NCBI GenBank assembly: GCA_033762115.1
Contig: JANRLX010000030.1
Coordinates: 1 to 17,109, forward strand
Reading direction: 5' to 3'
Length of the DNA stretch: 17,109 nucleotides
Origin: Verrucomicrobiota bacterium
Lineage (GTDB): Bacteria > Verrucomicrobiota > Verrucomicrobiia > Limisphaerales > SXQI01
Part shown: piece after piece, positions 7,718-15,417 of the stretch
How positions within the stretch are numbered: position 1 is the first letter of the stretch
Layout of the letters: the number at the start of each line of letters is the position of its first letter
The notes under the pieces: generated by a model
Databases searched by the model: none
Told to the model about the DNA's origin: nothing
Seen by the model: the letters and a program-made list of their open reading frames with translations, nothing else
Program-made: the position numbers and the translations under genes

Positions 7718-8826
7718 CACTTCATGATCAGTTCGGCTTGCAACGCGCCCGCCTGTTTCATCGCCTGGAAAATCGCCATCATATCTCGAGGCGTCACCCC
7801 GATCGCATTCAACCCCGCCGCCACCTTTTCAATCGTCGGCATCTCCTCCAGCGTGATCATTGTCCCTTTTGATTCCTTCACGCTCGTGTCAGTCCTCGGC
7901 GTCACCGCGGTGCTGCCCGTATTGCTCAACGGCTGCGGTTGCGACACATCCAATGTTGATGCCACACTGATCGTCAGGTCCCCGTGCGACACCGCGCAAC
8001 TTGCGATCTTGATTTTCGAGGTCGCCACAATCGTCCCTGTCCGTTCATTAATGATCACTCGCGCCGTGATGTCCGGGTTCACCGTGATCGATTCAATCCG
8101 CGCTATAAAATCCACCGCATTCTGGCCCATTCCTTCCGGCACTTTCACTTTCACACTCATTGGGTCCACCGCCTGCGCACTTTCAGGAAACATCTCATTG
8201 ATCGCCGCTGACATTCTCGCTGCCGAGGTGAAATCCGGGTCCCGCAACAACAACTCGATATGGTTCTCCCGCACGATTTCGGTCGGAATCTCCTTTTCCA
8301 CCAATGCCCCACCGGCAATCTGCGCCACCGTCGGATGATTTTTCGTCACCGTTGCTCCACCGCCGCCCCCGGCCCCTGCCGTGAATCCGCCCACCACCAG
8401 CGCTCCCTGCGCCACCGCGTAAACTTTTCCATCCGCACCAAGCAGCGGCGTTTGCAGCAGGACTCCTCCCTGCAAACTTTTCGCATCCCCCATCGCTGCG
8501 ATCGTCACATCCAGACGCGTTCCATTTTTGACAAATGCCTTGATGTCAGCAGTCACGATCACCGCCGAAATGTTCTTTGAAGTCAGCGTCGCTGGCGGCA
8601 CAGTGATGCCAAATCGCTGCAACATGTTCGCCACCGCCTGCACGGTGTAAACCGGGTCCTTGTCCCCATCCCCCGCCAGACCCACCACCAGCCCGTAACC
8701 CACCAGCTGGTTGTCCCTCGCACCGGAAATCATCACCAGGTCCTTGATCCGTGCCCCATACGCAAATGTCGTCGGCCCAGCCGACAACACAGCAATCAAC
8801 GCCAGCGAACAGAGTTTGTGCAACAT
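7717..8826 (-). CDS. flgI: Flagellar P-ring protein
   Basis: Signal peptide, then ARIKDL...GARDNQLVGYGLVVGLAGDGD, GDAKSLQGGVLLQTPLLGADGKVYAVAQG, ARVIINERTGTIV and AGALQAEL. ATG 8826 has an AAGAGGT SD-like sequence upstream. The ORF track's 8871 start overlaps flgH. Confidence 0.97.
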   Translation of the reverse strand: MLHKLCSLALIAVLSAGPTTFAYGARIKDLVMISGARDNQLVGYGLVVGLAGDGDKDPVYTVQAVANMLQRFGITVPPATLTSKNISAVIVTADIKAFVKNGTRLDVTIAAMGDAKSLQGGVLLQTPLLGADGKVYAVAQGALVVGGFTAGAGGGGGATVTKNHPTVAQIAGGALVEKEIPTEIVRENHIELLLRDPDFTSAARMSAAINEMFPESAQAVDPMSVKVKVPEGMGQNAVDFIARIESITVNPDITARVIINERTGTIVATSKIKIASCAVSHGDLTISVASTLDVSQPQPLSNTGSTAVTPRTDTSVKESKGTMITLEEMPTIEKVAAGLNAIGVTPRDMMAIFQAMKQAGALQAELIMK

Positions 8827-8831
8827 ACCTC

Positions 8832-9461
8832 TTAAAATGGAGAAACCTTGTCCCATACCTTCGTGAACCACCCTTTTCGCTGCGTGTCCGAAATGCTCCC
8901 GTTCGAGACATACCGGATCGTGGCATCGGCAATGTTATAACTATAAGTCGTGTTGTTCGCCGCAATGTCCGCCTGTCGCACCACACCGCGTAACACCGCA
9001 TCCTGCGTCTCTCCCGCGAATGCCGTTTTCCGGGTTCCCTCAATGATCAGGTTCCCGTTCGGCAGCACATCGATCACCTTCACCGCAATCCGCGCCGTGA
9101 TCCGTTCCGAATTATTGATCTGCCCGCCGCCGCTGAAATCGTTCGCTGAACTCAGCTTCATCGCCGGATACTTCCCGTTGTGCGTCAGCAACCCGCTCCC
9201 TCCCGGCCCATACAAAAAACTTTGGATGCTCGCATCCAGGCTGCTCTTTTTCGCTGTCTTGGTGCTGTTGTCCTTGCTCGCGCTGTTGTTCTCCTGCACC
9301 AGGATCGTCAGGATATCCCCCACTGCCATCGCGCGACGGTCCGCCACCATCGACTTCGCCCCATCCTCCTTCCAAAGGGATTGGGCAGTCGCACATTGGG
9401 CAACTGCCAGCAAAATCGCAAAAAACGTTCCTTTATAAGTTAACATAAACAGTTTGTTCAT
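8832..9461 (-). CDS. flgH: Flagellar L-ring protein
   Basis: SLW...DRRAMAVGDILTILVQE, ITARIAVKVIDVLPNGNLIIEG, LRGVVRQADIAANNT..S.NIADA.I.Y, C-terminal GWF...SPF. Alternative start ATG 9446. Confidence 0.95.
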   Translation of the reverse strand: MNKLFMLTYKGTFFAILLAVAQCATAQSLWKEDGAKSMVADRRAMAVGDILTILVQENNSASKDNSTKTAKKSSLDASIQSFLYGPGGSGLLTHNGKYPAMKLSSANDFSGGGQINNSERITARIAVKVIDVLPNGNLIIEGTRKTAFAGETQDAVLRGVVRQADIAANNTTYSYNIADATIRYVSNGSISDTQRKGWFTKVWDKVSPF

Positions 9462-10380
9462 CCTGCACCTTTCCTCGAAACTCCCGCCGTGATTTAAGAT
9501 TCCTTACCCGGACGGTCTGCCCTCTCAACGCATCCTCCAGCGCTTCCACCTTAACGCTGATCGTCAGCCCTCCATCCTGCACCAGCGCATCCATCACCTT
9601 CCCACGCCGGACAATTGGCCGCGCCTTCAACGATCTCACCGTCACCACCGCCCCAGCCTGGAGATTTTCCGCAAGTTCAATGTTCGGATCGTTCATCGGC
9701 AATGCCGCCAGCCCGTCCCGCTGCACCAGCACATCCCTTCGTTCCAGCGCAATGTCCGCATCCTGTAACAGCTGTCCCCGTGATAACCCGGAACGCGCCA
9801 CCCAGATCTCCCTCCAGATTTTTGCCTGCAACGGCAGTTGCCACGTCCCCATTAAATCCTCTCCCGCCTTCACCTCGATCCGCGCAATAAAGCTCGGGCT
9901 CACTCCCGAGGAGGGCATATCCACAATGCGCAACGAAACCGGCTCGTCAGGAATCGTCAGCGAAGCCCAGGGCCGCGAAAAACGCAGTTCCAGTTCCCCA
10001 CGATTCTTCACCTGCTCCTGCTGCAACAACTCCGTCACCAGCTGCTTCATTTCCCCCTCCGCAAGGGTCCGCCACTTTCGCACCACCTTGATCCGTTCCG
10101 CTCCAGACCACCTCGGCTGCTCCAGGTCAGGCGCCGTTTTTGAAATCAGCTGATTCAATTGCGCGCGGGTCAGGAAAAAAGGACGTCCCAACGCCGGAGC
10201 ATTGGTTAATCGCAGCCGTGGCACCACTCCGCGAAATCCCGGTTCCATCAGGTCAGTCAGGTGGAGCCCCTGGCTGTCAACCTGCACCTCGGTTTGCAGC
10301 GGCCACACCTCCACTTTGTTCGTTTCCCCAAACACTCCCCGGCCCGTCATCAACAACAAAAATATTAAAACTGCCTTCAT
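9433..10380 (-). CDS. flgA: Flagellar basal-body P-ring formation chaperone (long form)
   Basis: 315 aa with signal peptide. SAF-like region VARSGLSRGQLL, and C-terminal PIVRRGKVM...GLTISVKVEALEDALRGQTVRVRNLKSRR. Lies between flgG and flgH. Confidence 0.9.
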   Translation of the reverse strand: MKAVLIFLLLMTGRGVFGETNKVEVWPLQTEVQVDSQGLHLTDLMEPGFRGVVPRLRLTNAPALGRPFFLTRAQLNQLISKTAPDLEQPRWSGAERIKVVRKWRTLAEGEMKQLVTELLQQEQVKNRGELELRFSRPWASLTIPDEPVSLRIVDMPSSGVSPSFIARIEVKAGEDLMGTWQLPLQAKIWREIWVARSGLSRGQLLQDADIALERRDVLVQRDGLAALPMNDPNIELAENLQAGAVVTVRSLKARPIVRRGKVMDALVQDGGLTISVKVEALEDALRGQTVRVRNLKSRREFRGKVQDEQTVYVNL

Positions 10381-10382
10381 GC

Positions 10383-11165
10383 TTAACGTCGCAGGTTATT
10401 GCTCATCTGCATCATCTCATCCGCTGCCTGCACCGCTTTCGAGTTCACCTCGTAAGCACGCTGCGCAAGGATCATGTTCACCATTTCCTCCACCACCTTC
10501 ACGTTCGACATTTCCAGGTAACCCTGCTGCAACTCCCCAAAACCATTCTCACCCGGGCTTCCCAGTTCCGCCTGCCCGGAAGCCTGCGTTTCCCGGTAAA
10601 GATTATGCCCCACGCTCTCCAACCCTGCCGGATTGGCAAACCGGCTCAACTGCACCCGGAACGTCTGCCGTCCACTCGCCCCATCAGTCGTCACCTCGCC
10701 GCTCGGAGAAATATTGATGCTTGTTGTCCCGGCGGGAATCGGTTGGAACCCACCCTGCACCACCATCCCATCGCTGGTCATGATCCGCCCATCAGCCCCC
10801 ATCTTCAAAGCCCCGTCACGCGTGTAGGCCCGGTCTCCATTCGGCAGCTGAACCTCGAAAAATCCGTCACCCTGGATCGCGATATCCAGCTTCTCCTGCG
10901 TTTGCGTCAATTCCCCTGTCGTAAAAATTTTTGAAGTCGCCACCAGCCGTGATCCATGCCCCACCTGCACACCCGCAGGCAGCTGGTTTCCCCCCCCTTG
11001 CTCACTTCCGGCTGCCCGGGTCGTTTGATAAAGCAGGTCCTGAAATTCCGGCTTGTTCTTTTTGAACCCCGTCGTGTTGACGTTGGCGAGGTTGTTCGCA
11101 ATCACATCCAGGTTCGTTTGCTGGGACTGCATCCCCGCTGATGAAGAATAAAGTGCGCGCAGCAT
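10383..11165 (-). CDS. flgG: Flagellar distal rod protein
   Basis: 260 aa. MLRALYSSSAGMQSQQTNLDVIANNLANVNTTGFKK..PEFQDLLYQ, DIAIQGDGFF, YTRDG, QGYLEMSNVKVVEEMVNMILAQRAYEVNSKAV. Confidence 0.97.
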   Translation of the reverse strand: MLRALYSSSAGMQSQQTNLDVIANNLANVNTTGFKKNKPEFQDLLYQTTRAAGSEQGGGNQLPAGVQVGHGSRLVATSKIFTTGELTQTQEKLDIAIQGDGFFEVQLPNGDRAYTRDGALKMGADGRIMTSDGMVVQGGFQPIPAGTTSINISPSGEVTTDGASGRQTFRVQLSRFANPAGLESVGHNLYRETQASGQAELGSPGENGFGELQQGYLEMSNVKVVEEMVNMILAQRAYEVNSKAVQAADEMMQMSNNLRR

Positions 11166-11173
11166 AACTCAGA

Positions 11174-11932
11174 TCAGTTCGGGCTCCCCAGTTCGCTGAT
11201 TGCCTTCCCCATCCGCTCATCCTCCATCTGCACAATCCGCTGGTTTGCTTCGGAAGATCTCATCACAGTGATCAGGTTCGCCATCTCAGCAACCGCGTTG
11301 GTGTTTGCCCCTTCCACATAACCCTGCCGCACCACGCTTGTCGGATCACTGTTCTCTGTCAGGTTCGGGTCACTCGCCAAAAAATATCCCCCCGGGATCG
11401 ACGTCAACAGCTCAGGCTTGCCGAACTCCACCACCCTCAACGTCCCTTTCACTTCCTGCCCCTGGCTCACCTGCCCATCTGTCCCGATCACTAGCGGCCC
11501 CGGATTATTCCGGTCCAGCTGGATCGGTCCTCCCTCGCCCAAAACCAGGTACCCCTGCTTGGTGATCAATTGTCCCTGTGCATTTTGGCTGAATTCACCA
11601 TCCCGCGTATAAGCCTTGCTTCCATTCGGCAACTGCACCTCGAAAAATCCTGTTCCCTCCACCGCCACATCCGTTTTCAGCCCGGTATACTTCAACGGCC
11701 CCGCTGCAAAACTCGTCGAGGCTTTCGCCTCCGGTAACGTCCAATGCTGCGCCCCCCCCACCGATCCGGCTGCGCTACTTTTGGGGATCATCCCGGCTTC
11801 CACTGCCGAAAAGGAAAGTTCCTGCTTTTTAAATCCAGGAATGGAACTGGCCGCCATGTTTTGGGAAATGACCTCCTGCCAGCGCTGATTGGCATTCAGT
11901 GCGGAAGCAGCTTGATAAAGGCTTACATTCAC
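11174..11932 (-). CDS. flgF: Flagellar proximal rod protein (FlgF-type)
   Basis: 252 aa, GTG start. Rod-family motifs PGFKK, TDVAVEGTGFF, YTRDGEF and QGYVEGANTNAVAEMANLI. Directly upstream of flgG and lacks the FlgG FQDLLYQ segment. Confidence 0.88.
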   Translation of the reverse strand: MNVSLYQAASALNANQRWQEVISQNMAASSIPGFKKQELSFSAVEAGMIPKSSAAGSVGGAQHWTLPEAKASTSFAAGPLKYTGLKTDVAVEGTGFFEVQLPNGSKAYTRDGEFSQNAQGQLITKQGYLVLGEGGPIQLDRNNPGPLVIGTDGQVSQGQEVKGTLRVVEFGKPELLTSIPGGYFLASDPNLTENSDPTSVVRQGYVEGANTNAVAEMANLITVMRSSEANQRIVQMEDERMGKAISELGSPN

Positions 11933-11944
11933 ATCTGGCCGTGT

Positions 11945-11960
11945 AGCAACGGCTATGCCA
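11945..11960 (-). promoter_or_regulatory. Sigma-54 (RpoN) -24/-12 promoter of the flg operon
   Basis: Minus strand TGGCATAGCCGTTGCT matches TGGCAC-N5-TTGCW with exact GG-N10-GC spacing, immediately upstream of flgF. Confidence 0.85.
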
Positions 11961-11979
11961 CACAGGATACAACCCTATC

Positions 11980-11992
11980 CATCAATAACTTA
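11980..11992 (+). promoter_or_regulatory. IHF-like binding site
   Basis: CATCAATAACTTA versus WATCAANNNNTTR (one mismatch), about -46 to -58 from the predicted sigma-54 TSS, the usual position. Confidence 0.6.
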
Positions 11993-12004
11993 CAAATTTT
12001 AACC

Positions 12005-12052
12005 GGAAATCATTGCCCTTCTTTTCATCCCCCCGGGCAGGCACTTTTTTCC
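12005..12052. promoter_or_regulatory. Candidate enhancer (bEBP upstream activator) sites
   Basis: GGAAATCATTGCC (12005-12017) and GGCACTTTTTTCC (12040-12052) are an inverted pair of GGAA-N5-TGCC, at about -71 to -118. Confidence 0.45.
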
Positions 12053-12120
12053 CACCCCTCTCCCTGTCGAATCCCTTGCTCTCAGGGTTGCCACCTCCCT
12101 GCTGCCCCCCTATCCCCTGA

Positions 12121-12148
12121 TTGCCTCGCTCTTCCAAATCGTTATCGT
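12121..12148 (+). promoter_or_regulatory. Putative sigma-70 promoter of the response regulator
   Basis: TTGCCT-16 nt-TATCGT, ending 12 nt before ATG 12161. Confidence 0.35.
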
Positions 12149-12160
12149 TTCGCCTGCAAT

Positions 12161-12538
12161 ATGGACGCGAAAAGAAAAATTCTCGTAGCAGATGATGACC
12201 CTCATGTTCGCGAGATCGTCACCACCATTTTGCGCCGCGCCGGTTATCCCCTACTCGTCGCCTCCTCAGGAGAGGAAGCCTTGAAGCTCTTCAACGAACA
12301 CTCCGATCAAATCGATCTCCTCATCACTGACATGGTCATGCCCGGCCTGACAGGGGATGAACTCGCTGCCCATCTCCGCCAGAACAAGCCGGAGCTTAAA
12401 ATCGTTTTCATGAGCGGAAACATCTCCTACACCTTTCAATCGGAAATCTTCGAAGCCGAGCAGGCCACCTTCTTGTCAAAGCCTTTTGCCTCCCGCGAAC
12501 TGCTTGATGCCGTCCAGCAAAAACTCAATACAATCTGA
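12161..12538 (+). CDS. Single-domain response regulator (receiver only)
   Basis: 125 aa from ATG 12161. KILVADDD, IDLLITDMVMPGLTG (phospho-Asp), IVFMSG, FLSKPF. The upstream extension in the ORF track overlaps flgF and its promoter. Confidence 0.93.
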   Translation: MDAKRKILVADDDPHVREIVTTILRRAGYPLLVASSGEEALKLFNEHSDQIDLLITDMVMPGLTGDELAAHLRQNKPELKIVFMSGNISYTFQSEIFEAEQATFLSKPFASRELLDAVQQKLNTI

Positions 12539-12571
12539 AGGCTTTTTGAAGCTGGTTTAAACCAATTGTGG

Positions 12572-14035
12572 TTACCCCAATCGCGGACGTTCCTTGCGCC
12601 ATGCAACGGTCTGCTCATACGCATGCGCCAGCTTCAGGATCGTTTCCTCTCCAAAAGGTTTCCCCAGCAACTGCAATCCAATCGGCAATTTTGGCCCCGA
12701 TGTAAACCCGCATGGAATGCTGATCCCGCAAATCCCCGCCAGATTGCACGAAATCGTAAAAATATCCGAAAGATACATCTGCAACGGGTCACCTGACTTC
12801 TCCCCAGCCTTGAACGCCGCCGTGGGTGTCGTGGGGGTGATGATCGCATCCACCCTCTCGAACGCCTTCAAAAAATCCTGCCGGATCAACGTCCGCACCT
12901 TCTGCGCCCGCAAATAAAAAGCGTCATAATACCCGCTGCTCAGCACATACGTCCCCAGGATGATTCGCCGCTTCACTTCCGCTCCGAAACCTTTCCCCCG
13001 CGTCCTGCTGTACAACTCCACCGGGTCGCTCCCATCCTCCCGCAATCCGTATCGAATCCCGTCGAACCGCGCCAGGTTCGCGCTCGCTTCGGCCGTCGCC
13101 ACAATATAATAAGTCGCCACCGCATAATCCGTGTGCGGCAGCGAAACCTCCACCACTTCCGCCCCCAGTCTCTGCAACTGCTCCACCGCCGCCCGCACCG
13201 CGCCGTTCACCTCCGGATCAAGCCCTCCCACCATGTACTCCCGCGCCAAACCAATCTTCAAACCCTTGATCTCCCCCGTCAGCGCTCCCGTATAATCCGG
13301 CACCGCTTCCGGCACACTCGTTGAGTCCCTCCGATCCACTCCGCTCAGCACATTCAGCAACAATGCCGAATCCCTCACATCTTTCGTGAACGGCCCCACC
13401 TGGTCCAGTGACGAGGCAAACGCCACCAACCCATATCGCGAAACACGCCCGTAAGTCGGTTTCAACCCCACGCATCCGCACAATGCCGCCGGTTGCCGGA
13501 TCGATCCCCCGGTGTCTGTTCCAAGGCTGGCCAGGCATTCATCCGCCGCCACTGCCGCTGCCGACCCGCCTGATGATCCCCCCGGAATCCGCTCCAGGTC
13601 CCACGGATTTCGCGTCGTGAAAAATGCGGAATTCTCCGTCGAACTCCCCATCGCAAATTCATCCATGTTCAACCGCCCGAACACCACCGCCCCTGCTGCC
13701 TTCAGCTTCTCGATCACCGTCGCATCGTAGGGGGACCGGAAATTTCCCAGAATTTTTGACGCACAATTCAGCGGCTGCCCCTTCACCGCCAGCACATCCT
13801 TGATCGCGATTGGCGTCCCCAAAAGCGGCTTCCCGCCAGCCATCCCGTTCGATAACGCCTTGTCCGCCTCCGCCGCCTGCCGCAACGCATCCTCCGCGTC
13901 ATAACTCAGGAACGCCTTCACATCGCAATCCACCGCGCTGATCCGGTCCAGGCAGGCCTGCATCGTTTCTTTGGCGCTGGTTTTTCCGGAACGAAGCTGC
14001 TCCTGAAACTCTGAAATGGTGAGCTGATTCAACAT
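12572..14035 (-). CDS. gatA: Asp-tRNA(Asn)/Glu-tRNA(Gln) amidotransferase subunit A
   Basis: 487 aa. Amidase signature [45 protein letters not shown], and [22 protein letters not shown]. Confidence 0.98.
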   Translation of the reverse strand: MLNQLTISEFQEQLRSGKTSAKETMQACLDRISAVDCDVKAFLSYDAEDALRQAAEADKALSNGMAGGKPLLGTPIAIKDVLAVKGQPLNCASKILGNFRSPYDATVIEKLKAAGAVVFGRLNMDEFAMGSSTENSAFFTTRNPWDLERIPGGSSGGSAAAVAADECLASLGTDTGGSIRQPAALCGCVGLKPTYGRVSRYGLVAFASSLDQVGPFTKDVRDSALLLNVLSGVDRRDSTSVPEAVPDYTGALTGEIKGLKIGLAREYMVGGLDPEVNGAVRAAVEQLQRLGAEVVEVSLPHTDYAVATYYIVATAEASANLARFDGIRYGLREDGSDPVELYSRTRGKGFGAEVKRRIILGTYVLSSGYYDAFYLRAQKVRTLIRQDFLKAFERVDAIITPTTPTAAFKAGEKSGDPLQMYLSDIFTISCNLAGICGISIPCGFTSGPKLPIGLQLLGKPFGEETILKLAHAYEQTVAWRKERPRLG

Positions 14036-14050
14036 GAGGAAAGAAAAAAT

Positions 14051-14338
14051 TTACTCCACGATCTTCGGCACCAGAAACAATCCGTTCGCCTTTGCCGGGG
14101 CATTTTTCAACGCCTCCTCCGTCGGAAGCGATGGCTGCGGCACATCGGGTCGCGTCACATTCACCAATGGCACCGCATGCGCCGTCGGTTCCACCCCGGT
14201 CACATCCAGTTCATTCAACTTCTCGATATACCCAAGGATTTGCTGAAGCTGCGCCCCCAGCTTCTGTTCCTCTTCAGGACTCAGCGCAATCCGCGCCAGA
14301 TGCGCCACATATTGCACATTGATTTCAACTGCCGCCAT
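14051..14338 (-). CDS. gatC: Asp-tRNA(Asn)/Glu-tRNA(Gln) amidotransferase subunit C
   Basis: VAHLARIAL, ILGYIEKLNELDVTGVEPTAH, ALKNAP...FLVPKIVE. Upstream of gatA. ATG 14338 chosen. Confidence 0.96.
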   Translation of the reverse strand: MAAVEINVQYVAHLARIALSPEEEQKLGAQLQQILGYIEKLNELDVTGVEPTAHAVPLVNVTRPDVPQPSLPTEEALKNAPAKANGLFLVPKIVE

Positions 14339-14407
14339 ATATCGCACAGAGTGTCAAAAGCGGGTCCAAGGGCAAGCCTTTGCTCTCCACACCTCCGGGA
14401 ATCATTG

Positions 14408-15283
14408 TTACAGATAATTCCGCAGCAACGGCTTCAATTCCGAAACCGTCTTCTTCGGCCACAGTTTTTTGTCGGTCATGATCGCGTTTTGCAACGCCCG
14501 ATGGCACGGCCACTTCTCCTCCAGCGGAATTGCCGGAATCACATCTGCCACGATCTTTTTCGCCATCGCCGCGTTCCGCGTCAGATTCTCGATCACCATC
14601 TCCACCGTCACATGCGCCTCATCCACTTTCCAGCAATCATAATCCGTCACCATCGCCATCGTCGCATAGGCAATCTCCGCCTCCCTCGCACATTTCGCCT
14701 CTCCAAGATTCGTCATCCCGATCACTGAATAACCCGCCTTGTGGTTGGTGATCGATTCCGCCCGTGTGCTAAAGGCAGGCCCCTCCATGTTCACATACGT
14801 CCCGCCATCATGCACCGTAGCCCCCATTTTCCTCCCGCTCTTCAGCATGATCTGTCGCAACTCCTCACAGATCGGATCCGCAAATGCAATATGCGCCACA
14901 ATTCCCCGCCCAAAAAAGGTATGCTCCAGTGATTTTTTTGTCCGGTCCACAAACTGGTCCGGCAGCACAATGTCACACGGCTTGTATTTCGCCTGCAACG
15001 AACCCACCGCGCTCACACTGATGATCCAGTTCACCCCCAGCTTCTTCAGCGCGTAGATATTCGCCCGGTGATTCAACTCCCCCGGCAGGATTCGATGCCC
15101 TCGCCCATGCCGTGGCAGGAACGCCACCTCCCGCCCCTCCAGCAATCCAGTTAATACCTGGTCGGACGGCTCCCCGAATGGCGTCTTCACCGTCACCCAT
15201 TTCTGCCTTGAAAACCCCTCGATATGATACAGGCCGCTCCCTCCAATGATCCCAATTCTCGAAATATCTTGCGTTTTTTTCAT
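14408..15283 (-). CDS. mtnP: S-methyl-5'-thioadenosine phosphorylase
   Basis: IGIIGGSGLY, TPFGEPS, FLPRHGRGH, NHRANIYALK, SVSAVGSL, EGPAFSTRAES, IGMTNLGEAKCAREAEIAY, VTDYDCW. ATG 15283 chosen. Confidence 0.95.
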   Translation of the reverse strand: MKKTQDISRIGIIGGSGLYHIEGFSRQKWVTVKTPFGEPSDQVLTGLLEGREVAFLPRHGRGHRILPGELNHRANIYALKKLGVNWIISVSAVGSLQAKYKPCDIVLPDQFVDRTKKSLEHTFFGRGIVAHIAFADPICEELRQIMLKSGRKMGATVHDGGTYVNMEGPAFSTRAESITNHKAGYSVIGMTNLGEAKCAREAEIAYATMAMVTDYDCWKVDEAHVTVEMVIENLTRNAAMAKKIVADVIPAIPLEEKWPCHRALQNAIMTDKKLWPKKTVSELKPLLRNYL

Positions 15284-15372
15284 GCGTGGCGCTGTTCCTG
15301 TAAAGACCCCCTCCCTCCACTGCAAGCAAAAACCATTTCATCCACCCCTCCACTCATTCCAAATACTCCCTT

Positions 15373-15384
15373 GAATTATAATTC
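15373..15384. promoter_or_regulatory. Palindromic element containing TATAAT on both strands
   Basis: GAATTATAATTC is a perfect 12-bp palindrome in the mtnP / DUF4870 divergent gap. Confidence 0.45.
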
Positions 15385-15417
15385 CGGAACAGCGAGCTTA
15401 AATTGTTCAATAGGAGT

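Noticed and set aside
8827..8871. Upstream GTG start for flgI
   Set aside because: It overlaps flgH by 40 bp and would bury the signal peptide. ATG 8826 has an SD-like sequence.
5473..10934. Many long plus-strand ORFs (e.g. 6070-6711, 7724-8338, 8950-9438, 10140-10934)
   Set aside because: Antisense shadows of well-supported flagellar genes, expected in GC-rich coding DNA.
11744..12160. 139-aa N-terminal extension of the response regulator in the ORF track
   Set aside because: It overlaps flgF antisense and the sigma-54 promoter, and the sequence is Pro/Cys/His-rich and non-protein-like. The receiver domain starts cleanly at ATG 12161.
11933..12160. Possible c-di-GMP riboswitch upstream of the flagellar operon
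   Set aside because: I could not recognise a GEMM-type two-hairpin motif, and the sigma-54 promoter leaves essentially no 5' leader.
12553..12564. Palindrome TGGTTTAAACCA between the convergent response regulator and gatA
   Set aside because: Too short and AT-rich for a terminator and has no U-tract, so it may be chance.
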